Shown here piece after piece: positions 36,596 through 50,486 of a DNA stretch of 64,000 nt (positions within the stretch are counted from its first letter, which is position 1; every line of letters starts with the position of its first letter). The notes beneath the pieces were generated by a model. The model was not told where the DNA came from. It worked only from the letters and a program-made list of their open reading frames with translations, and searched no databases. The position numbers and the translations under genes are program-made. The DNA lies in contig NMRA01000211.1 in assembly GCA_002633005.1 (NCBI GenBank), positions 1 through 64,000 on the forward strand, in the 5' to 3' direction. This stretch comes from Phoronis australis. Lineage: Eukaryota > Animalia > Phoronida.

Positions 36596-39111
36596 GTATC
36601 AGTCCACGGATCCACCGACCACTGTACAGCCAACATGCGGCAAGGTGGGGGGTCAAGCATTCAGATCCATGTTTAATCTGATAAATCACATTAGGGATGA
36701 GAGAAAATGGGTGAAGTATCACACCACAAAGTTTGGTGGTTTAGGAGATACATGGGAAGTGTTCTTTGGGGCAAAATGGGGCAATTTCTTGCTGTGGAAT
36801 GAGTCATTTTTGACCAAATTTTCTACTCCTGTTTCTGCTTCAAACGAAATCGTTTCTGAACAATTTTGATATCACATGATAGGTTCATGACCAATGTCAG
36901 TAAAAACGGCACCGACACTGCAATATCGGTTACCATGGTAACACTGCAACTGTTTCCGTGGAGGTACATTTCCGTCTTGTGAAAAACCAGCAGTAAGCTG
37001 TACCCTTATAGCGAAGCTGCCCCCGCAAGAAAACTAAAAATAATAACATGGACATGTAGAAGACTCCATGCCCTTGAAATTAATACAATAAAAACTTTGT
37101 CAGCGCTTCAGGCAGGCTTGGTAATAGGTGTCTGAATTTCACTATTTTCAGACCGCGTATGTGTATTTGTCATGTTAAACCAGTCACTAGTTGTGCGCCG
37201 TTTCTACGCATTAATATGCCGTGGTATAAAACAACAATTAAAACAATTGGTTTGCTTAAATGTTTTTAATTAATTTTAAGGACACTAGCATTTCCCAATA
37301 AATAATGAAATTATACTAAATTTGTTCATCCAATTCGTCTGAATACCAAACTAAAGCTTACAATGCGTTAGTTGAATGATGGCTGACCTAAAGTGCGGGT
37401 TTGCGAATTTATCTATTTATCTGGCACTGCCAGTCGCATCGAATGTGGTATTTCTACAAATTGCGGGGAGAAACAACTTTGGAAACTCTAGGGAAATACA
37501 CAAGGTATAGAGCGAGACATTTGAGCACCTTATAAGAGTACGTGGAGCTGATGTGGAGGTGGAACGTGTCCTCCTGAGTAGTCTGTCTCAGTGTCTGCCT
37601 CGGAGGCACTGTGTGCAGCAGGAGCTACATAATCTACCGTATTAGGTTCACTTGCCCGAATCATCGTTACAACACTCGAGATATGTTGGCGTCGCCAAAG
37701 ACACTTAGAACATCCACTGCACACTAGAGGAGAAATCTGATAGAGGTCTGAAAAATTACCAAAGACGTTTAAAGTCAAGGTTCAACGTCCTGCTTCGTGT
37801 GAGCTCAGGTAGGAATCACTGAACTCCAGGGTCTGACCCTGAGGAATATTTTTTGAAGCCCGTCATTCATGCAAAAATACTTTTATTGACACACCGTGAT
37901 TGCTTATAACTTGGGCCTTATGGCTTAATCATATCTTATCCAAATGTGTTGATGTTTATGCAACTACATGTATACATTGGCATAGAAAATAAGGTTGTCA
38001 TCATAACTTTTCATAACAACCACCAAATGTGTAACATGACTTTTGCCCATGAACTACTTTTAGAAACTGGAGAGTATGTTTTGTCTACCAATGATTTTCT
38101 GCGATTATGAAGTTAATTAAACATGCTAAAGCCGTCAAAATATTGGTGCCTTCACTTATTTTAGCTTGGTATTCATATTTTGTGAGCCGAAATGGCCACA
38201 TTAGATTTAATATGTTTAATTTTTCATTAATACAATTTTAGGAATCAGGAAAGGCTTATGCTGAAGAAGTGGCTTCTGCTGAAGTTGGAGACTTGCCGAT
38301 TATTAGTAAAGGTTGGGTATGGAAATTTTCACAACCAGCAAGAAGATACCCTTCTGGACAACTAAGTGAGGGGGCTAGAGAGAGGCTGGAAGTCTACTCC
38401 CAGAAGATATGTCAAAGAGAATTTGTAGCTTGAGGAACGAGTTGGGGAAAAAGTATTTGCCAAAGATTACTGGCTTATACCACAACAGGTCCAAAGTAAT
38501 TTGTTGAGATAGGCCACTCTCAACAAATGTGGGGAAACTGGGACAGAAGAAGTGGAGTATGCATAGAAAGAGTCAATCTGCGATTGTCAAGGATGTAGCA
38601 TTGTAAAAATTCAATGGGAGGAAACAGTACAGTGGCTGGACCTGTAAATACTCTGGCTGATCTGCTAAATCCATTGGGGGCATTATTGTATCAGCACAGC
38701 TGTGTAGGGAAGTAGGCTTGTGTGTTGTCGCAAGCTTTGTTTGCACCAGAACTGCTTGTGTGAACAGCGCAAGTCTAAAATTTACCTAGTCTAAGACTGA
38801 GTTTTTGTCCAGGCACGGATTATGATCCTGGGCCACATGGTAATGGTACATTGTTCATTTTGTTTAGCCACTGGATTTTTTGGTNAAGGAAAAATATGAA
38901 CAGTTAAAACTGGACAGTTTTTATACCGTGAAAACATGGCTGCGAAGCCGTAAAATGTGTTTGAGACTATAACTTTAGAAAAACGCAATATTTTGAGGAA
39001 ATATTTTACCGCTGTTTATAGATCCCATAGGACTACCTATGTGCCAAATTTGGTGAAAATCGGCTGACCCCCACCTTGCCGCTCATGGCTGGTGCTCTCA
39101 TGGACTAGTAC
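36596..39111 (+). mobile_element. TTAA-flanked Sola3-related deleted element nested in the P element
   Basis: TTAA|gtatcagtcca...gcggcaaggtggggggtca and tgacccccaccttgccgc...tggactagtac|TTAA. Remnants TCPNHRY/LEICWRRQRHLEHPLH (~37650-37725) and KGWVWK...KVFAKDYWLIPQQVQS (~38305-38500) parallel the N- and C-terminal domains of the transposase at 42600-44693. Confidence 0.65.
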
Positions 39112-41715
39112 TTAACTGTTATAAGGAACGGTACTTGCCTTGTTAAGAATTCAAACATGAAACAAAACTATGATGGATTTTGAAGGGAGCTTCAAGAGAA
39201 TAAAAACAAATACACTTTAATATTGATTAAAATACACATTTTCGTTCTCAGTCGATTATAAGTGAATGTTAGTTTATGTATTCTAACCATTTTCAATCAC
39301 ACAGCAATTTTATTGCACGTTGAATGTCATTAAATTATGAATTTATCAGTGTTTACATTGTTCGGACCGCACTCCTAAGTGTTGATTATTTACCGCTTGG
39401 GGCGCTAGTGTTACGACCAGTAATCATTGCGGCGAATGGCAAAATGGCGGAGTGAACTCTCCTATTCTACTACACTCCTTGGTTATACTATGTGGTGATT
39501 GTAAGTGGATTTTTTTAGTCAACTGCTGTGTGGACAGAGTTACTATTGATGAACCTAGTCTGAAGCTGTCCCTGTACACAGCACAGGCACTCGAATTTCC
39601 CGATGACTCGTAACCAAATTTAAGAAACATATAGGTTGGACATTAAAACTTTGACGAGTCGAGGCTCCCAACTCCAACTGTCCCAAATCCAAATAAAATC
39701 TGCGTGCATCTCCCTCAGACTGGTATTGCATAAACCTTCGAAGCCTTATCTTTCCTAGGTTCCCTTAAATTATCTCTGTGCATGGTGAATTAGCGACGAA
39801 ATTCTCAAAACAATCTCAAATCTCTGAATTCAAGGACCCAAAAGAGTTACCATGGCGGATTCCAGTTGTGCTTTAACTTGTACGCCTGTCGAAGATAAAA
39901 TTGAGCAACCAACCCCCATATAGAAGTCAAGAATTTTATCACCGATTTAAATGATTAAGGTTACTAAAAAGTATTTTCATTTCTGTGTAATGTGTTTCTC
40001 TTCATAGCTCATTTTATCACTTAACCTAGGATTCAATTACAAGAACGGGCGTATTTTGTGTTTGATCTTTAAATTATGTGCTCTTCTTTGTTGAAGTACA
40101 ACGAAAGCTCGGATTTTGGCGGAGATTTCCGATGTTTTACCGCACGTTTAGTCGCGGTAAATCACCTATCGGCAATAGCCGGATGTTGCTTTAGGCCAGC
40201 GCTAGTAGCCAGCAAGTCTAGTACTTCAATTACAAACAACGTTGTTTTTTATAACCAGAGTTTAACTGCATTCAAACTGATGCTAAATTATGTGGAGGGC
40301 ACACAAATAGCATTTGTGGGCGCATGAAAACATAGCTCCGGAATTGCTTCGGGAGCCTCCCGCGGCCAAAAACCCGGATGCTCGAAGTCGTCTGCCATGA
40401 ATGTCTTACTTCACGAAATAAAGTCCTTGAATTTGTGATTTTGGCCTTTATTCGTCATTTTTGTCGTCAAATCAGCACTCGAAGGCAATTTGAAGTGATC
40501 AAATGTGTTGAGTGATAGTTTAAACATAGTTTATATAGTTCCCAATATATGGCGCTCACCTACATACTTTGTTACGTCTTCTTTAAAGGTCAAGTTTAGA
40601 GCTTAAAAGCTCTACTCTAAATGCTGATTTTGCATACACAAAATCACTTATCGTAACAAAGTGAAAGAAGGTACCCGTGCACGTTTGAGTAGAAAATTCT
40701 GAGCAAACAGATTTTGAGTGCCCAACCTTTAAGTTTTCTTGGTAGTGAGTGGCGTCAGTGTTGATTGAGGAACAGTTAAACTCAAGCGCCTGTGGTACAC
40801 AGTTGTTAGACCTGCACCAAACAGGTGTTTCAATCTCATTGTTTACATTTGTCCCATTTCTCCCCACTTTCCCCTGAACCACTGTCACAATTTCAGTCTA
40901 ACAATTCTGCGGTTTGAAAAGTGGAGACCTGTGTCACCTGGTAGCCAAGAAACTACCATGGACAATTTGGTGGCCAGGAACATATCCAGGGTCTCGGCCA
41001 CAATGGGCAAATGTAGGGGGCACCTTTGATGTTGTTCCCCTGCCGTATTACAAAAATAGGGGCATTTGGCACCCCTGGACCGTCTTTGAATGCGCCCCAT
41101 GACACTGACTGTGGGTTTTGGTTAACATTATATTGAGCATTCTTACTATAAATATAATACGAGTACTACATTGGGACATCTCGTTTTAGTCAGTGGTGAT
41201 TGTAAAATATTTTGATGTATTTTTTCAATTTTGCAGTCCTTATAAAAGTTGGGAAGTAATGGCAATATGTTACGCGTTTTTTCTGCAGCCAAAGCGTGAC
41301 TGGTCAGAAAGCGTTATTTTTGGCTTAATAAGCAATTCCAATTTTTATTTTATCTTACTTGAAATTATACCATTTTGCTAGGTAATGATGAGCTCAATAT
41401 AATTTTAGCTGACATGGTAAAACTGGTCTGTCAAGACAATATGAACATCAATTGTCTATCTGCTATAAAATGGTAAATTGCATGCAAACAACCAGTTATC
41501 TTTTGGTGTTCTGAGGTTCAGAACCAGATGCATAAATTATGTTAATGACACAATTTCACTAAGTTGAATATTCGTTTATTGGAAGCCTTTGTATTGGATG
41601 GTGTTCACATTGTGTTATTTTTCAGGATCACTTTAGGGCATATATAGATCACTTGGGATCTGCAAGTACCATGTATTAGAATGTATGAGGTAGTCGTGGG
41701 TTCTTTAGCACTTAA

Positions 41716-44700
41716 GAATGATTCCATATAAAACCACATGAAAATGAAAAATCACTATATACTCAAAAANCTTAAGAATGATTCCATATAAAAACCATAT
41801 GAAAATGAAAAATCACTATATACTCAAAAATTCATACAGAGCTAATACTTTGTGCATGTGTTGGGATGCTGGCCCAAAGTACACAGCTGCAATATTTGCA
41901 CTCAATGACCTTTGGTTACCGAGATATGACCTATTTGGCTATAAAGGCATATTTTGCATTTTTTTCATGTCAGTAAAACTGCATTTTCTGAACAGCAAAA
42001 AATCAGACTTGGAAAACTGGTGACAAGGTTTGACATTGATGGTCATAAAGACTCATGTAAGGTTAGTAAGAAATTGAAATTTGCAACTCATAGGTACAAT
42101 TAAATTTCCAGCAGGGGAGAAAACTCCGAAACCACTTTTCAGGCCAGTCAGTAGTGGCAAGATGTTGCTTAACCTGCCTGCTATATCGGAATATATTTGA
42201 AGTTGAAATTCTCTGTGTAGACACTTCTAAGATTGAACTTTGATAATTGCTTTTAAAAAAACTTGTCTCTTATATATTTAGTGCTAAACGTGGTCCTCGA
42301 ATTTGGGCATTTTTTGTGATGTGGCCTTACTCTGACTGACAAGAGAAGTGAGGCTACATGTACTCTTTTAGTTTAGAGATATCACCTGAAATATATGATC
42401 TAATATCAACAATGCAATATCACAAAAATTTAAATTTCACTTTTGAGACCCCAATTTTCTAAAACACTCCATGCTTTGTTTAACCTTACCAATAGCACTT
42501 TAGGGTTCGAGATTACATGCACTTCCTGCCACTGCAAAGAATATGGAGGAATTTCCTTCTTGTACATTTGGTTAATTTTCGTTACATAAGTGTAATCGCG
42601 GAGGAAATGTGGCCTTCATTAGCTGTGTTAAAGACGTCAGAAGTCAACTGAAGTGGTGCAAAGTGCCGCAGAATTTGAAAGTATATCGGAATTACAGCTG
42701 ATTCTTGCCAGAGCTGGAGATAGGAGGTTGGACTGGCAAACCAATGGAAATAAGCCGTGATATACATGTATTTTACACATTGACATGAGTTTGGACTTGG
42801 CTTTAGACAAAAATTGACGTGCTGTTATCCAGAACACAAAGCATATTGTCAGAGGGATAAACCAGGAACAAGCAAAACAGGATCTGATGTCATCTCTCAC
42901 CCCACACAATGTTTTGGTTGTAATGGATTTTGCAATGAAGTTCATACCCATCAGTTTCCGTGAAGCAGGGTCCGACTGGTTTGGAAAAAAGGATGTCATG
43001 GCACGTGGCGGCTTGTATCACAAAGAAAGGTGAAAGCCACCAGGTAAAAATAAATCCTCAATTAGTATTCAAGGTGTTACAAAGTAATTCTCAGATGTGC
43101 TCAATATTAAACAGAAAGCCAGTGATAAACAATGTTCTTGGCTTTACCTCTTTTTAGTATATTGATTTACTGTAACAGTACAAGATACGGGGAGTGTGCA
43201 CTTAATATCATGTCTTTTTCTCGCTATTTGCCAACAAAAGGTTGACAGTGATGCATTCTTTGTCTCTTAGTAGATTTTGCACACAAACCTTCATTTTAAC
43301 TGAAGCCATTTTGTACTTATGGATGATTTTCATATCCTTGTGAAGGGGAAATTTCACCCTCCCTAGAAATGTTTTGAAGGAGCTACTAATGTAATAACGT
43401 GTTGAGACGAACTATGTTTGACGTTGAGTGGTGTGATTGCGGTTTAGGTGGTAATAAGATGTAATAAGGTAGTTCTTTAAACTAGCTGACCTATTTGAGT
43501 TAAATAATTGTTGTATTTCAGGTACATGCTTACATCCATACTCTAGATGCCTGCAAGCAAGACGTTTTTCACTGTTTGCTGTTTAACGCTAGATGTGCTA
43601 AGGCAGGTGAAACCTAGGGATCCACAAATAACAGAAGCTCCGACAATGCCAATTGTTACCATTCAGCCGCCCTTCTGATTCATTTGTTCTACATATCTGG
43701 TAACACCGGCATCTCCATTCTGCGCTACGACTTCAGTGAAAGTCAGAAGGGAAAAGACATCTGTGACAGGAAAATCGCACAGTTGAAGTCCAATGCCAAG
43801 TACTTCGTCAATGAGGGCAACAGAATGCAGTCGACCTGAAATATGCGCTAGAGTCTAGAGGAGGTGTCAAAGGCTGTTATGCGTCGGCCTGTAGTGTGAA
43901 TGCCCCAAAGGTCCTTTCCAAGCACAGTATCCCAGGGATAAGTTTGCTGACAAACTTTGAGTATTCCGCCGATGGCATTCGAGCATGGAAGGCCTATAGA
44001 GTAGGGGAGGGAAAACTTGTCATCAACAAATCATGTAAACTGTTCCTCTGAAACTAAAAGTCTTGACTTTGCAACACTCGAGTGTTTTACAACTCCAAGG
44101 GTTGAGTCGGGGCTGGTATCCCGTGAACGTCATACGAAGTTCACATGCACACACTATGGGTGCTCGAAATCTTTTCCTACAGATGCTGAGCTAAATGAGC
44201 ACTTGGATGTTGGTGCTCATTCATCATCCCTCCAGAACGAGAATCAGTAGAATCAGTTCGACCACATTTCAAGACAATCTGATGTGTTATCTACTACCAC
44301 AGCTGTATCATCACCTGAGTTGTCTGACGTTTACGTTGTTGATCAAGTCGCTGCAGGATTAGGCCCTGAAAAGTATTAGAAAATCGGTCCGCTTCTCTGA
44401 GAAGGTAAAGACTTAACCCAGTGATATATTTCCTGAAGGTGAACAGTCAGGCAGAAAACAACAGCCAGCTGAGGTTGTAAAGATGATGCGAGGAGCCAAG
44501 AATAAGCAAGGAAAATTTTCTCCTCTGAAAAGTGGCTCTCGGAGCAACAGATTGCTGGATTTTACTCCCGTATGGTTGCCGCGTCTCGAATCCGAAATAT
44601 TCAGAATATTGAAGATGATGATGCTGCTGCTGCCCACGAGTTTGCCTCAAGGAATGACTTGGAGCTTGAAGTCATGAATGAGTTATCATCATAAACTGTA

Positions 44701-46520
44701 GGAAATTATAAAGATGATTTAGCTGTTGTCTATTCCCATGATATTGTTGTGGTAATTATCATCGTAGCTAGGGGACTAGGGTCCACCCTGGGCGAAATTG
44801 GGAAACATGGAAGATGACGCAAATTCGGGGCTTCCATGGGGGAGAGATTTGAGTGGTGGCCGTTTGGGGAAAATAATCCAAGCCACTGATGGTCAACATT
44901 GAAATTTTCTGTCACTTTTTACTAGCGTTTTTTGTTTTATGTCCAGTTTGAGACTCGTAAAGCATACTTTTTACATGATTGATTCTATTGAAACTACTGA
45001 GATTTTTATAGAATTGATTATCTAGTTTTGAGAAACGTCTATCTTAGACATGTGTACTGAGCAAAATAAAAGAACTTTGTGTTTCAGTACCTCTTGTTTT
45101 CTTCAAACAAAATGCAGTTTTTGAAGTGTTGTGTAGAAATGCATCATACACTAAACCTGGCATACCTTCAAGAAACTGTGGTTTTGAGGCCGCCGCATGA
45201 ACGGAATTTACATATTGTGAAACTTTTAGCTGGTGAGTCGCAACAGCACCCAATTTCTTAAATACTGGTTTGGAAAGCCGGTATCTTGGATATCACTGAA
45301 AGTATTATGTTTTCAATCGTAAATATCCGTACCTGTTATTTTTCTGAAATTGCAAATTCTATTGGCGCACTGCCACCATGCTCGGCTGCTTTTGTGTAGT
45401 ACAAGAAGCATTGCGTGACACTTTGTATGTCCAATAACACGACACTTCTGCTCGTATCCACCGTCCTCTTTTCACTTGCGATCTCGAAGATCTTGATTAG
45501 TTTTAGTATGAACTTTGCTAATAGTTTGAGAGGACTTTTTCAAGCGCATATACAGGGATTTGTTCAGGAGATCTGAAAATGGGCCAGCATGCACTTTAGG
45601 CAGTGCGTGGGATTCTTAGTCTATTACGGTGTTTGAAAATGGACCAAGCAATGGGTAATGGGCACCCTTAATAAGAATAAAACCTGCTTCTCTGAAGTAT
45701 GAGATGGTGATGGGTTTGTATTATTAACTCATAAGTACATTAAACTTGACTTTTTTGGTTTCTGTAATCCTATAACAATTTTTTATTTTTGCACCAGCAA
45801 AACTGAAAATCCGCGAAGAAAAAATCTCATACAGCTTCCCATGATCTCCTTCGTCACTGATGTAGCAAAACGAATGATATTTGTTCTATTTGGCATCTTG
45901 GTCGACAGATAATTGCACAATCGAGTAGCGCCTCCTAGAGTCTTTTAATCAAAGTGACAGTCACCGATTGGCAGAAAACTGTGTAAGTGAGTTATGTAAA
46001 AAACTGACTGCACAAAAACTAGGAAAGAGACAAGATTTTTTATTCTTGCGTTGGGCTGAACAAAGACAGCAGTAACAGATGGAAGTTAACTCATGTTCCA
46101 AAAGAATCCGATATAGATTTGGGAGAGTGATCAAAATGCGTAAAAATGGCCTTAATAATAAGTAGTGAAAATGATGTTTTTGTAGGCTAAAATGGGAGGA
46201 CATAAAAAATCAATAAATCCACCCGAACTATTTTTTCTTGTATGTTATTCTTTCTCCTTTCTGGTACATAGTTATTTTTTCAATAGCGTGAAGCGATGAT
46301 GTGCTGTTGCTGACAAAATGTCACCTACTTCCAAGTACTATTATTTGCTATTTTTCAGAAAAAGTACAAACTGGTCGTAAAAAGGGTTAAAAAAACTCGG
46401 AAACTCTTAAAAATTCAGGCTCAGGTTTCTTTTGACAAGGCCAGCTGATGTGCTAAGTTTCAAAAAAATTGGTGATTTTGCATATATAGCCCACCATCTG
46501 GTTTTTATATGGAATTGCTC
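41716..46520 (+). mobile_element. Sola3-like DNA transposon, defective
   Basis: TTAA|gaatgattccatataaaa(a)cca and tggtttttatatggaattgctc|TTAA; DDD transposase remnant inside. The left end appears twice (41716, 41776) across an N. Confidence 0.85.
42600..44693 (+). pseudogene. Sola3-like DDD transposase pseudogene (intron ~43044-43521)
   Basis: SELQLILARAG; VMDFAMKFIPISFREAGSDWFGKK/SWH; SDNANCYHS; YDFSESQKGKDICDRKIAQLK; C2H2 finger CTHYGCSKSF...EHLDVGAH; EKWLSEQQIAGFYSR. Several frameshifts, stops and an internal deletion. Confidence 0.85.
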
Positions 46521-47571
46521 TTAAAGCTGAAATTTAGTTTTGCGCTCCGCACAACTATTTCTGAAAAATAATCGAATCTCTCATAAGGAAAAGCGTAAAA
46601 TCTCTGAGAATTTACAGGTAACTACTGGTAACTGGGTGATTTCTATTAGGCTGCCACGCCCTCTCTCATAATTTCTTGGCTAAATCTTTGCGAGCGAGTT
46701 TTGGCAGGAAAATGTGTTTTCTACTAAGATTACCACTGACCCTGTTGGTATGGCAACAATAATTCAATTTATATTGCTGTCCGCTACATCGACGACTCAA
46801 AAATGGTCGTCTCCAAGCCAGACAAAACAGAAATGAAGACTGAGGTATTAACCCTAACCAAATTGCTCCATTCAGCTTACAGTGTAACCAAAGACAACAA
46901 CATCAGCCAACTTGTTTTATTTTAGGTCTGGGCTTTGTTACCGTCACACGATTGGGCCAATATATTCCACACTGGACTGTGTGCGAAACGGTATGTAGTT
47001 GATTTCACCGCGCTCAAAACATTATTGAAAGTGCAAACCAACCGAAAGATGGGGCTTACAACAAGCATTTTTGTGTACAGTAGACTTCTATGTGACCTCA
47101 TTTTTGGACTGAATTTTGTGCTGACGCACTTGACTGTGCTATATAGTGACCAAGTATTTATTCAAGGATACAGAACAGTTAAGCCGTGAGTCAGTTTTAT
47201 CGCAGTCTATACGTAAGCTAAAGGAAACGTGCGAAGAAGGAGCCATCATAGTCCTTTAAGGTAAGAGGCGAATTCGACCTGCACGTACTGATAATTGTCA
47301 GTGCATGTACACCTAGCTGTTAGCAGCGTCGGGTCTACGGAGCTTCAGGGTCTTCAAACCTTTCCTCAATAAATGACGTATCCGGCAAAAAATCTTTTTC
47401 TGTCGTTTTTGTTACGAAACTGAATGAGTACAAGTCAGTATCCTCGTCGACAAAACCGAGAGATACGACATTGCTACTAAGTTGTGTCATGGTTGTAATC
47501 ATCTACATCATGTTGTCAGAGATGACATCATTGGCTATAGTACAATGATGACACTGATACTGACAGTTGCG

Positions 47572-47775
47572 CAGTGGCGGATCCACGTTTCAGCAAGAGA
47601 GGTTTAGGATTCCCGCAAAGGTCGAATCCGAGGCGCGTGGCGCCGAGCGGGGGGTGGGGGGAGGTCGGGAGCTGGGTAACCCCCCTCCCGTGTAAGATAA
47701 CTTTTTGTTTTTGTTGCCAAACAGTGAAATTTCCATGCATCCTGGTTCGTTTCTGGCACTTAACATGCCCCTGAA
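47572..47775 (+). mobile_element. Left end of a CAGTGGCGGATC-family MITE
   Basis: cagtggcggatcca at 47572 followed by G-rich tracts like the other family members. Confidence 0.55.
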
Positions 47776-48119
47776 GTTTTTCTTAAGATAATTAAAAGCC
47801 CTTCTCGATTTCGTCACATGAACGTTGCTCATAAGTTTCGTGAAACCATATTTGTGTACATCTGGGTATGAGTCACACCACCAGCAAAAAATTTTTGTTG
47901 GAACATCTGCTTACACGCACCTTTTTAGCATACGAAAAAGTGTGGTGTGTATACAGGGGTTTAGACAACTACCAAATATTCAAGAGCATAAGGAGCACCG
48001 ACGAGGCATAAAAACTTGCATATCCGATGAGCGCAACAGCCTCAAGCTGTTTAAGAACGAACAAGATGTACCGCTGACAGGCTCAAGGCCGAAACCAATG
48101 AGAACTAGGATTCATCTTT

Positions 48120-48800
48120 AAATCATATAAATGATAGTATGTTTATTCGATCTGTAAACAACAAATTACAAAACATTAGAAACTAATTAATCTAAATAGC
48201 AATTACTTGTCAAACGCTATTTATAATTCCGATATCAACGTTAATTACCGTCATAACATTCCTAACTCATTATTTTGGTAAATTTAAATACATTACTGAT
48301 CTAATTTCCATGATAGCTGCATCATATTCAAACATACTTGTATTAAACTATTTAAACTTTCGTTATTTCTTATTCACGCTATTTTTCATAATAGTCAAAC
48401 ATATTTCTGAGCTTTCTATTTGACAATAGTTCTAAATAAACCTTATTTTACTTAAAAATTACAATACGAATAATAGTAAATAACTACTTACTTCTGTGGA
48501 GGAATCAAAGTCCTGCTACATCGGTTTTAACTTCATAAACTGCTTAACTACGTCTTAACCCGTTTACATCTCCGTTCTGAACTGCTGTAAAATGCCTTCT
48601 CATTCAGAATTTATATGATTCTAACCCTATGACTAATCTATTCACCTTCCATGAATTTACTTGCCCTTACCAAATTTGTCACCGAATTCTCTTGTCAATG
48701 AATAGCTGTAGTACGAACATGGCCATATTTAAAAGTTATTTCTAGGAATATATCCAATTGTACATAGAACTCACTACAACAGCTGAACGGAACTATATAA
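48120..48800 (-). mobile_element. Highly decayed LINE reverse-transcriptase remnant (tentative)
   Basis: Minus-strand AFDK followed by LLFRLI in an AT-rich, stop-riddled stretch. Confidence 0.3.
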
Positions 48801-50249
48801 CTATATGAGTAACACTATTGCATAGTAAGCCATGTTTCCTAAAGTCATCAACCCACACACTGCACTCGTCCCATCAGCTGTAGTCACATGTCCGATTCTA
48901 ACGTAAACATAAACACAACACAAGACCTGTGCTGTTAGTCCGGAAATAAACATGTGTTCTGTCTCGTTACGAGAAAAACTGGCGAACGATGGTGCTCTCA
49001 GCTCATAGTCTATTATTAAAAGCGACAAAAACAATTAAGTATCGCTTTATTAAGCTGAATCACGTTGACAACAATTGAAAAACGTCAAATGTATCAGGAA
49101 ACAAATCATCTGAAAACAGTTTCACGAAACCAAAACACTCTGTAGGCCTACACCGTGGTGAAAAGATATACAGGAGCAGTTCGCAGAGGGACCAGATGTA
49201 CACTGAGAGTACACAAAAACTCTGGCCTGGTCCGTCACGAGACCAAAAGTACACCTGTGGTTGTTATCCCTATAAAAATAGTCGATCTGTCGCGGGACCC
49301 AACAGTACTGGCTGAGATAAATAGTTTTACAAAGCACACTTTGGTAAAAAACATCACAAGTCTAGTTCGCCGAGGGATCAGAAGTACACTGAAACTCGAT
49401 ATCTACACAAATCAAACTAACCTGGTATGTCGCGAGACCTAAAGCGTACTTTGCAAAAAGTTTTGAATTGAAAACTTCTCTCTAGACACATTTTAATCCC
49501 CAGTGGATGCTCATACGTGTAGTTCATACATCTGGTGGTCAACTGCTGCGAGAGGTTATCTATGAAGGGTTTTCGCACCGTTCTGTAGTACTCACTGGAA
49601 GAAACAAGTATTGAGTACAGATTTAAAGTGGATTGGAACGTGAAAAATTGTATAAAATAAGAAAGTAAATGTTACTCATCTTGCATGAAACCTGTATCAT
49701 ATCGTGGCGTACAAGTTTTTTTGAAGGTTTCGTAAATATAGTGAGTTTTAGATGAGTTTGGACTATTTTTCTTTACGTTTGAAAGTTGACCAAAAAGACA
49801 CGCCTTCGTGCTCGTCAAGTCCGACATTACAGTCCCAAAATGCATTGCGGTGCCTTATTTGGAAATGGCCTGATGACCTCAGAGAGGTGAAAGGTCGCCG
49901 AAAGCAAAACAGTGATGGCTGGTTTCGAAAGCACATCGACACCTCGATTGACTCAAAGAAGTCCCATTTCTGAAGTTAGTCATCGATTTATTTGGTTTCT
50001 ATGCTCTCCCAAGTATGATCTAATATACTTTTTGCCTAGGATTTTATTTATGTGCATTTCAAACGGAAAACGTTCTATTCATGTCTTATCGTTTAACTTG
50101 AAAATAGTCTGGCTTACCGATCGGCCTACGGTCAACATCGTAGACTATGTTGTGTATAATCAATAACATTTTGCTAAAAACATTTCAATGCATCGTGACT
50201 GTACGTAGGATTTATAACTAAAATGTATTTCGGGTAATTGTTAATTGTT

Positions 50250-50486
50250 ACTACGTGATGATTGCGTACAGGACAAGGGCCCCCCATGACTGGTGCAAGC
50301 AAAAATTACACAGCAACAGCATGAAGCGTGAGAAAATATCGAGCCCAACGGTAGAATTCCGGAACACCAGGTTCGTATCGCCAACCCCCACAACATTCGA
50401 GCCACCTGTGCATACAATCGAGCTTTGCCCATTTCTCCGAGGTGTCATGTTGGGCCCCCCTTGTGGTATCCTAGATCCGCCACTGG
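50250..50486. mobile_element. Right part of a CAGTGGCGGATC-family MITE
   Basis: Ends tggtatcctagatccgccactg; interior similar to 28318-28498. Confidence 0.7.

Larger units (their letters stand above)
34294..39481 (+). mobile_element. P-element superfamily transposon, defective
   Basis: ~32-bp TIR caaggagtgtagtag(t/a)ataggagagttcact with an exact 7-bp TSD gttatac (34287-34293, 39482-39488); contains a spliced THAP remnant. Confidence 0.9.

Noticed and set aside
41711-41830. 60-bp tandem duplication of the Sola3-like left end
   Set aside because: The copies are separated by a single N; most likely an unmerged contig overlap.
49120-49450. CRISPR-like repeat-spacer appearance
   Set aside because: Repeats are too degenerate, spacing is irregular, there are no cas genes and the context is eukaryotic.
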